The position numbers were made by a program, and so were the translations under genes. 64,000 bases of DNA from Antedon mediterranea. Lineage: Eukaryota > Animalia > Echinodermata. Positions 54,108 to 64,000 of this stretch are shown one piece after another. Where the stretch lies: the NCBI RefSeq assembly GCF_964355755.1, contig NC_092672.1:124001-188000 (forward strand). Direction: 5' to 3'. Each line of letters opens with the position of its first letter. Position 1 is the first letter of the stretch. The notes below the pieces were generated by a model. That model worked only from the letters and a program-made list of their open reading frames with translations. It ran no database searches and had not been told where the DNA came from.

Positions 54108-57100
54108 ATGGTATTGCACAAAGCTGGGCAGGCTGAACTGATTCGTTCCAATCAGAAGGATGTTTATTATTCCCACCAAATTTATAAAAAGCTCTCTGAA
54201 TTATGGCATATGTTTGCAGGTAGGGTATCACTGACTCAGATGCAGGTTCTTGTACAGGAAGTTGATATGTAAAAATCCATCAATAATAAACTACAGTATA
54301 CAACATCCAACAATAACAATTTAACCTGTAAAAAACGGTTTAAATATTTGCATATACAGTAACTGTATGTTATTTAAAACCTGCTTGCTGGCTAAAAAGA
54401 AATCGCATAAATATCTTATTTACAAACAGCTTGCCAGCAGACATAATTTTTGATAGAGACAAAAGTAGGAATAAATAGCTAAAATGGTAAAGTACTGTAT
54501 GGTATTAAACTGAAATAATTGGTCTTTGACTTTCATTTCATTCATTATTGTATAAATGATGTTTTTTAAATATTTATGTAAAATTTAGATTTGTCATCAC
54601 TTTGTTTGTAATTTAAATGATGTAGAAAGAAGGAAAGTTAGTAGATGAATTATTAGAGTCATAAACAGCAATTACATTTTTCATCCATTTCTTTAAATCG
54701 AGTTTTTTTTTTTACATGATTAATTGGTTGTTATTAAAGGAGCAAGGTCTTGGATTGTGTGGCGAAAGGAAATTGATATCATAGCTAATGTGGCCTACTT
54801 TACTCTTACAACATTATCAGGTAAATCTTGACATTTAGTTTCTCAATCATGAGTACATCTATGGAATGCCAATTATTAGTTTATGACATCATCTCTATTA
54901 AAAGTATAATTAATAATAACAGTATAACTGTAAATGCCCATAAAGAAGGTTGTTCTCTGCTGAGAATGTGTGCTAGTAGTTTACCAATTGTAATAGCACG
55001 GTTGTATTTCATGTGGTATATATCTTAATCTCCCGATTTATTATAAAAATATTAAATTTTAAGGTGCATTAAATCACTGGGTAATAATTGTGGCATATAC
55101 AGTAACTCTATATTAATTTTAAAACCATTTTACTTAATTTCATGACAAAATGATTCTAGTTTTACAGAAAATAAAAACTTTGGATTTAATTTTTATGTGC
55201 AGAGATCATCATCAGATCAAGTTATTCTTATGTTCTTATTGTATAAAATATGTCCTATCAAAAGTGTTTACTGAAACTATTTGTAAACCATGTCCTACAG
55301 TATCAAAATTACTTTAAAAACACTTTGTGTAAAGGTTGCCCATCAACATATACTAGACTTTAAAGACTAAAATATTTGTAGTTTAAACACTTGTATATGT
55401 ATATAACTAGATAGTAATGGGTTAAAGTTAGCTTATTTTTTCATATCAATAACTAGTACTATAAATAGCGTATAAAGTATGCCCTACAGTATCCAAGTTA
55501 TATAGAAAATTCTGTAAATTATGTACAGAAAAGAAATTCTGACATCTTTCTAAAAAATAATATTACTTTATTTAATCAATACTGTTGTTGTTAATCAGGT
55601 CTGCAAAGTTTAGGAGAAGAATATGTCAATGTTGTGCAAGTAAAGACTACTGAACGAAAGATACCATCACATAATGTAAGTTTGAAGGTTATGTGTTTTG
55701 TATATCAAAATTAATTTAATCAAATAGTAACATTGCTGTATGGTGTGAACAATTAATGATAAATGATATAATACTAGGATAAACACTTTATCCGGTTTTT
55801 ATACTACAGTACTTTACCTTTCTTTGATAACAGCAAAGATTCACTCTTGTGTTGATGTACTCGCTAGGCCCATACCTCACAGATAAATTGTTAGTATCTC
55901 TGGAAAGGCGGCTGCAGCAACAAGAGCAAGAGGAGGCGTCAGGTCATTTGTCAGCTCATAAGAAAAACGCATTGCAATATTTATCAGTGCTTCGGAGTAT
56001 AATTAGATATGTCTCTAGGGCACATTTAGCATGGTTTTATCTAGATGGAACATTTTACCATATAGCTAAAAGAATAGCTGGTATTCAATATGTAAGTACA
56101 ACACAATTATTATATTCATTAAATCAGATGCATGTTAGCAAATTGCCAATATATATGCATAAAATAAAGGGTAATGAAAACTATAAAAACGTGTACTGTA
56201 CTGTACCGTATATCATTTATTGTGTCACTAGTTGTCCCAACAATTGGTAAAACAAATATGGAAGAAATTGTTATCATAATTTTTATTAATTTTATAATTA
56301 GATGTAATTGAAAATAATATACCTGTAAACAAAATAACTTATCCATTTTTTAGAATTATTAGTAAATACTTAATGTGCTGGCTGTGGTTATAAATTGTTT
56401 TGAATTTGATTATGTTCGGTAGGAATGTTCTTAACTACCTCAGTAATAAATCATTAATAAAACTTTGTTTAGATAGAAATCTAGAATTTAGATTTATTGA
56501 AGATTATCTAAACACAAAATAATAGAATATAAATGAAATGTTGATTTATGTACAATTCTTCATGCAAATCTACAGACTACAATAACATGGCATAACTAGA
56601 GGCTACTCAGAGAGTACAAACCTCCGCCTACTGTAAAATTCCCTACATAAAATGTCCCCGGAAAATATATATATTATTAAGTGTAAATAGGCTAACTGCA
56701 CACTACAAAGTTGTGGATGAGCGTTTGGTGTAATGGTTATGTATCCAGCCTCTCACAGCTGAGATCGCTTGTTCAAGTCCCACTGAGGTTTTTTTTTATT
56801 ATTATTATTTTTTTATTACTTTTTTTTTTTGACCTTGATCTTTGACCCTTTAACCACAATTATATGATGAGTCATTGATCATTGTGGCTAAGTTTGGTGA
56901 GAATTGATAAAAACTGTGGTCTCTAGGCAGTAAATTAGTTTTTTGTTAGTTGTAACCTTGACCTATGACGTTTTCCCCTCAAATTCAAACTCGTCCGAGC
57001 TTTTGGGGCATAGATCATTGTGACTAAATTTGGTGAGAATCTGCTAAAAACTGTGGCCTCCAGGCTGTTCACAGACACACAAATATACAGGGTGAAAATA

Positions 57101-58308
57101 TAACCTCTTTGGCGGAGGTAACTACACTATTTTGGGGATTTTCTCTGTTATTTAGTAAATTAATTTAACCTTCTTTACTATCACATTTAGAAATGTTTAA
57201 AATGACCATACATTTACTGACAATTTCCTGACTCAGTTTACTTTTACATTCATGTTATAATAGGTACTTGTACGGCAAGGTCACATGTCATCAGCATTAA
57301 AGCAAAGTTTTACGTTTTTGGGTTACATGGCATTAGCTCAGTTAATAGTTAGTGTTCTTTTGAAAAGTCAGTTTTTGTGGAATCAAATTGAGCAAGATGA
57401 TAATAATCAAATGCAAAGTTTAAAGTAAGTAAACATTTGCTTAAATCTTAAAAACCAAGAAATATTTCATCACAAAATAATTATAACAAAAAATTGCATA
57501 ATAAAAACAATAAAACATAGCATAATTCATTGCAATAATTTATATCATGATTCAACTTTAGCCGGTCATTTACAATATTCCCTTAAGATAACATCACAGT
57601 GTATAAATCATAGATACATTGAATAATACCCCTGTGTGTTATCAACATAGCCAACATTAACACATATATTGAGATACATAAGGATAGATTCACTTCTTTA
57701 ATATATAATCAATTCTTATTTCATACTCCAAGTATATGAACAAATCACTTTCATAATAATCTGCAGGTTCAAAGGTCAAACTAAAGAATGCCAATATATA
57801 CACTTTATTTTCTGCTACATTTTAGTTTCATGAATTAGTATACATCTTTCTAAACACAAGAATTTCAATTGCATATTTTATTTATCACTTTTAGTTACAA
57901 TGTCACCAAGGAGAGTACATCTAATGCATCTCACTGCGCACTTTGTCTTGAAGAGCGCCACCATCCTACAGCAACTCCCTGTGGTCACTTATTTTGTTGG
58001 AAATGTATTGTGGAGTGGTGTTCAACAAAGGTAAACAGTTTATATGTGTGGACTGTAGTGTGAAAAGTAAAAAACTTGTATACCATAAATTATTAAAAGT
58101 GTAATTTAGGTAGCAGCAATTTTCTCTGAAGAAAATCACAAATTGCTTTTTTTTAAATCTATACCATATATCTATGCACATTTTTGCAAAATTCATTAGT
58201 AAAAATAATAAAATAGATATTGTTTTAATCCATTTGCAGCCTGAGTGTCCTTTATGTAGAGATGAAGTTCAACAACAACAACTAGTTCTTTTACAAAATT
58301 ATATTTAA
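54108..58308 (+). CDS. PEX10: Peroxisome biogenesis factor 10 (RING peroxin), 7 exons, ~297 aa
   Basis: Exons 54108-54219, 54740-54820, 55599-55675, 55834-56091, 57264-57424, 57895-58030 and 58240-58308 are all GT-AG and in frame. Motifs: [46 protein letters not shown] and a C3HC4 [43 protein letters not shown]. Confidence 0.96.
56594..57121 (-). mobile_element. HINE/Helentron-like non-autonomous element in PEX10 intron 4
   Basis: Minus strand starts TTACCTCCGCCAAAGAGGTTATATTTT and ends GGCGGAGGTTTGTACTCTCTGAGTAGCCTCTAGTT (subterminal IR plus hairpin); internal TGACCTTGA motifs. Confidence 0.72.
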
Positions 58309-58867
58309 ATGTTCGAGATACAGTAAAATAGATGATGTTGATAAAGCATTACTTACATTGGACCTTGATTGGATAGAGTGTGTCAGTTAATGGAATCTGA
58401 TTGGTTGAAGTATTATGGTTTCTGAAATGCGGTTGGCTATTTAAACAGGGTTAGTGACATTTTATTAGCTAAAACAGCATAATTTGTGAAATTTGATTTA
58501 AATCAGTTCTAATGATGCCTTGAGTATTCATAAAGTGATTTCCATTATAAGTGTGATGATTGCAACCCTTAGTAAGTAGAAGACAGCAAGCTATACAATC
58601 TGTTTATTTGTTGAGATTTCTTTTGGAATTCATAGACTGAGCATGTAACTAAAGGACAAAGATTTGTTTGCTATTGAGCTAAATGCTACCAACCCTACAC
58701 TGGTCATTTTCAATGACAATTCAAACCTCAGCTGTAACTTGAAGTCCAACTTAGGCATATTAGACCATTAATCTTTTACAAAACAACCATGAGGCTGGAA
58801 TTGTGTACACATGTTTTATTCACGATTGATTTAACCTACTCTTCTATTAAACATTTTTTCTTCTGTA

Positions 58868-59272
58868 TTATAGTACACTTACTTACTACAATGTATAGTA
58901 TGAATAGTATTTACTATTATAGTACACTTACTTACTACAATGTATAGTATTTGAATAGTATTTACTATTATAGTACACTTACTTACTACAATGTATAGTA
59001 TGAATAGTATTTACTATTATAGTACACTTACTTACTACAATGTATAGTATGAATAGTATTTACTATTATAGTACACTTACTTACTACAATGTATAGTATG
59101 AATAGTATTTACTATTATTATAGTACACTTACTTACTACAATGTATAGTATGAATAGTATTTACTATTATTATAGTACACTTACTTACTACAATGTATAG
59201 TATGAATAGTATTTACTATTATAGTACACTTACTTACTACAATGTATAGTATGAATAGTATTTACTATTATT
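58868..59272. repeat. Minisatellite, ~49-bp unit x8
   Basis: Unit TTATAGTACACTTACTTACTACAATGTATAGTATGAATAGTATTTACTA, between the PEX10 and MIB-like 3' ends. Confidence 0.93.
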
Positions 59273-59625
59273 ATCTGATATCTTTCATTAGTTTAATCTC
59301 CATCCGGATGATTTATGTGTATATACATATATATGTTTCATGTTGCCTATTGATTTATATATTTTCAATTAGTTAATGTTCTGTTTATTTCCTTATTAAC
59401 CATTAATGTAAACAAGTTTTGCTACATTGTTCCATTATTGAATAAATAATGTAATGGACTTGTTTGTACTGTACTACTGTATACTACTACCATCACAATA
59501 AATAATGTAATGGACTTGTAAGTAAAAACAACTCTTAATATTCAGACTGTTATTTGTGAAGAACAACAAACTATAGGGAAACACACTGCATTTTCTGTGT
59601 ATTGGTATCATGTGTCAAAAACTAC

Positions 59626-62600
59626 TTAAAACACATTCAGGCCGCCATCACGAAGCCTGTTGATAAAAAAGAAGTTAAACACATTATGAAGTTTACACTT
59701 TGCAGATGTTCGATAATTATAAACGCATAAAACTTGCTATATACATCCATAACATATCGATTCTCAATACATTGTTCATTTTAAAACAAATCAAATATAA
59801 ATATACCAGTGTATATAAATTATAATGAATGAATGATATGGCCAATGGAAACACATTAAAGGATTAAAAGATTGTCCTAAATCTATTTTGTATTGTAATA
59901 TATAAGTTTGAAATTAAAGAAACATGCATTCAAGTACGAAATTTTAAAAAAAGCTGAAACTTTGTTATAAAACACCAAGATTCAATCAGTCGGTCAGAAT
60001 ACAATGTTTTCATTTCATTTATTTCGTCATGAAAGAACAAAGAAATAACAAAACAAAACAAATGACTGGATAACCAAAAAGGGAAATGAATCACTGTCAA
60101 TTGGCTCACTAAAATGAAAAAAGAAATGCAATGTTATTGAGCGTGATACTTACTTTCTTTTCTGCTGAATTGCAATCAGTTTGTTACGCTTTAACATGTT
60201 ATCAACAAGGTCTATTGGTCGTTTTCCTCTGTTGTTCTTGATAGATAAATCTGCACCGTTTAACACAAGAAAAGATGCAATAGCAAAGCCTTTACTATCG
60301 TCACCGACTCCTACATTAGCACCTGCTAATAATCCAAGCTGTGAAATCAAGTTAATGTTAATATACTAATACAACAAGATGATTTAAATTTGAACTTGGT
60401 GAATTTAGACATCTATTTCCTATAAAGGAATTAAATACTTGGATGGTAAAGTTACATTAACAGTTTCTTGACTGAACCAATGAGGTAACTTTACCATCAA
60501 GTATTTACTAATAAAATGTTTGTACAGTATTTATTTTACTGTAGGTATGATTGAGATTGAAGAGGACATCAGTCCTAAATCCGTAAGTTTTACACATACT
60601 AACATACAGTAAACTTACTAGTTGCAATTCAGGTGGTAGTGATACCCTACTTATCATCAAAGCAATATGTAGACATGTATCACCGTCATTGTCTCGAATG
60701 TTCATGTTTGCACCTCCTTTAACTAGAACTTCGATCACTGTGTTGTTTCCTTTGGTTACTGCATGGTGCAATGGTGTTGAACCACTCTTATCCTGAATGT
60801 TTTTATTACACATTGGCTATTGGTCAGATTGAAAATGAAGTTTTAAAAAATGGTATCGAGTCAAAGGGCCGAGCGGTTAAGGCAAGGCAGAGGCCTCGTT
60901 TACCATACATATAAAAGAGCAATATCAGGATGGGTTCGAGCTCTACTCGCTCCTACTTGTGGTGAAACAAATTTTCTCGGATAAGAAAAACCGTTAGTCC
61001 AGTATACAGTTAACCCAGTTAATCATTCGAGATGATGTGTAGTGGGTAGTGACCCCGGTCAACTGGTCCACAACAACAAGCGCACATGTGTCATTACCAC
61101 CTATCTGATAGGAGAGTGATTAATCTAAATTCACTATTGCTAATCCTTGGCCATAACAGTACATATTAAACATTATCGAAATTATTTAAATGTAGACTAC
61201 AACGTTGTTCTTGGGTTGTTGTAGTAAAATAATTAGGGTTGATATAGCTAATGATACATATTACTAAAGTAATAATATTGTCTTGAAAGATCGCTGTCTT
61301 ACCAGAGAGATGAAATATTTAACAACAGCATGACTATCGTACCTCGCAGCAACGTGCAATGGTGTCAGTCCATCAGTTGCCTTTGTATTTGTAAGTCCTG
61401 GCTTTTTCTCAACTATTTTCTTAATTGACCTATGATTCAATTAGTACAAGTACTTAATGTCTTGTGCCTATGATTCAATTAGTACAAGTACTTAATGTCT
61501 TGTGCTTTGCGCTCTATTCTACATAAAATGTTTGTATTTGTTCCCTAAAATGTTTCACTATAATATGGAGTTTTACTAAAGCAGGATATAGTATGTACTA
61601 ACTTTTAAGAATATGTTTATAAGAATATATTTAAGTATAGTATTTATATAATAATAGCTGTGAGTGACATCACAGTGTATATGTGTATTATTTCGTAGTT
61701 ATGCCTTATCTGTATAGGGTGTATTTATGCCTTATGTATACAATCAAAATTGCATCTCAATGCATCGAAGCGAAAACAAAATTTGATACGCCATCGTCAC
61801 AAAACGTAGTTCCGTCGAGGTGAATTTCCCGCCGACTGTGTGCCAGTTGAGCATCGGCCATTGGCACATTTCAGACCTCTTTGAACTATATCGTAACATT
61901 TAAAGAATGGAATGTTGAAGCAGTGGAGTGGATGGTAACTAGTATTAGTTTGAACATCATTGTGAACTTACATGACATCTCCGTGTGCTGCTGCCGAGTG
62001 GATGACTAGTATACCTTTGTTGTTACAAATAAGCAAATCAATACGAGGATTGTTAACTAGTATTGCGGTAACATTACTATGTTTTTGAGATACAGCATCA
62101 TGGAGTGCTGTGTCTCCATCATTATCCTATTAAACAAAATTAATTAAGAACATGGAAAAGTTAATTCATCAAATAGATAAGAACATTTTTTGGTACAGTA
62201 GTAAAGAAAAAAGACGTCCGTGTAACAATTAAAAACTGTTGTATTTTGGTACTTAAAGATACACATATATTTACCAAACCAAAACAATTGTAAGAATGTA
62301 AATGAAATGAAATTTTTTTCCCGTTACCTTTATGTTGGGATCACAATTGAAACGCGTTGCCATCAGAACTGTAACGCATTTGTCGAAACCTTTTCTTGAT
62401 GCTAAATGCAGACACGTGCTTCCATTATTACTGCGAACATTTGCATTACAACTTTTAGAAAGGAGAAACTCGACGATATGAGGATGATTCCTGCAATTTA
62501 AAGTCTTAAGTCAATATAAAATATAGAAAACGTTATATAATACACAAACCCACGATATATTTTAAAAATCGTTCACATAATGAAAAGAATAACTCACTCA

Positions 62601-64000
62601 TTGACAGCAAAGAAAATAGCAGTCCATCTATCTTTGTCTGTTTTTTCGATGTTTGCCCCTCCTTGCAGAAGACGGTCGGCAATATTTTTGTGACCTTTAC
62701 CAGCTGCTGCCATCAATGCTGTGACGTTCTGATGCATTGTATCCACCTATATAACATGCAATATTGTATTAATTTTACATCGTCTCGTAATTTCCAAATT
62801 GCAAAGTATATATTGATACAAAAAGTGAAAGATTACCGAAGAAGGATTGCGTCTGATGCATTGGTCAACTGTAGAAAGGTCGCCGTTTGCAGCGGCAGCA
62901 ACAATCAGTGATACTGTTGACTGGCCGATTAACAACCGAAGAAGTTCTCCCTCTATTCACGAAAAGAAATATTGGTTTATGAATAGTTTTATTAGTAACA
63001 TGCTATAAACAAATTGTTAGATGGTTAGGGTTAGGACTCACCTAGACTGCTACGACCTGTATAAGATGATGTACCATCTCCACGTGAGACCAGCTCCAGA
63101 CAAGCAGGGTTAAAGTAGAAATTACGGCCTGTTGAAAAGCTAACATGCACATCCCCATCACTGTCAACTTCCATTACATTTCCAGTTTCCCCAATAGTCT
63201 GACGATAACAAGTGATAAGTCGTTTTAAATAACATATAATTTGCTCCTGTCAATTTCCTTAAAGTAAGTTCATTAGGCCTATGTTTTGTGCACTATACCA
63301 TCACCCACAAAAGTTACATTACAACTGTAACGAAAAAAACTATATGAATTGAAATTCAGTCTTTAAATTGTAACAAATTACAAAGTAACTTCCATAAATG
63401 ATTCATATTATTTATATATACATATATATATATATAAAGGGCTAGTGTTGCCCGAAAGCTCTGCTAACTTTTCTGGCTGTTTTACTTCTCGTTTTGATTT
63501 ATCTTTTCGCTTTTATTTTGTATCTCCATTGAGATCCAGCCACTGATACCCACAGCATTGTCATTTGTTCAGTAATTTGCCTTTGGATTTATATTGGTAC
63601 GGCGGAACAGCACTAGTCCTATAAAATACAAATCAATAGCTACTTTAATTTGTTTACCTGTGTCAATTCAAGGACGAATCCTCCATGACCTGATTGAAGT
63701 TTCATCAATGAGTCCATACTTAAACTTGATTTAACTCGGACAACGTCTCCTCTTCGTATCGGTCCATCGTCCGTCTTTGTATCCGTTGTTGAAGATAAGG
63801 AGCCTGTGGTTATAAGTTATAGCATTATCTTTAAAACTTTGGCGAAGTACAGTACGTAGTTATAAAGAAAATCAATTGTTATTTTTTATTTTGTGAGGAA
63901 ATGAAATGCTTACCATAAAGTTTTTTTGATCGTGGACCTTGTTCAATTAGATTAATGCAAGCTGGGTTAAACTTGAATGACCTCCCTCCAAGTGACACAG
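59626..64000 (-). CDS. Mind bomb (MIB2)-like protein, 3' portion: mib REP repeats + ankyrin repeats, no RING seen
   Basis: In-frame exons >64000-63914, 63803-63658, 63198-63042, 62952-62837, 62746-62598, 62490-62328, 62126-61972, 61429-61303, 60816-60619 and 60338-60154, plus a probable last exon 59656-59626. REP motifs: GDVVRV...LQSGHGGF, GETGNVMEVDSDGDVHV, FNPACL. ANK motifs: TALMAAA, TCLHLA, DGDTALHDA, TPLHVAA, TPLHHAV. Confidence 0.88.
60855..61125 (+). mobile_element. tRNA-derived SINE (different family) in a MIB-like intron
   Basis: Head GGCCGAGCGGTTAAGGC (A box) ... GGGTTCGAGCTC (B box) followed by a non-tRNA body. Confidence 0.55.

Noticed and set aside
60021-60108. Alternative hydrophobic last exon for the MIB-like gene
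   Set aside because: It would need a 45-nt intron and encodes low-complexity T-rich sequence; the 59656 acceptor is more plausible.

Overview
AT-rich, intron-rich animal genomic DNA. It is probably echinoderm, inferred from the pedal-peptide type and the frequent TAGGCCTA motifs. Five protein-coding genes can be read by hand. (1) The first three exons of an ACAP/centaurin-beta Arf-GAP on the minus strand, running off the left edge. (2) A two-exon, 85-aa secreted precursor on the plus strand (13880-13960 + 27822-27998), whose reading frame is absent from the ORF track; it encodes a KR-flanked two-cysteine peptide, GKPCFADNPMTLYECYGFH, that I cannot assign to a known family. (3) Facing it tail to tail, a 484-aa pedal-peptide/orcokinin-type precursor on the minus strand with 17 predicted amidated peptides. 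(4) A complete 7-exon PEX10 on the plus strand. (5) The 3' part of a Mind bomb-like REP + ankyrin gene on the minus strand that appears to end without RING fingers. The rest is minisatellites, MITEs (one with a perfect 9-bp TSD inserted into a tRNA-SINE), HINE/Helentron-like elements, SINEs and a decayed LINE. The best novelty candidate is the cryptic cyclic-neuropeptide gene next to the pedal-peptide gene. All calls are manual; no database search was run.
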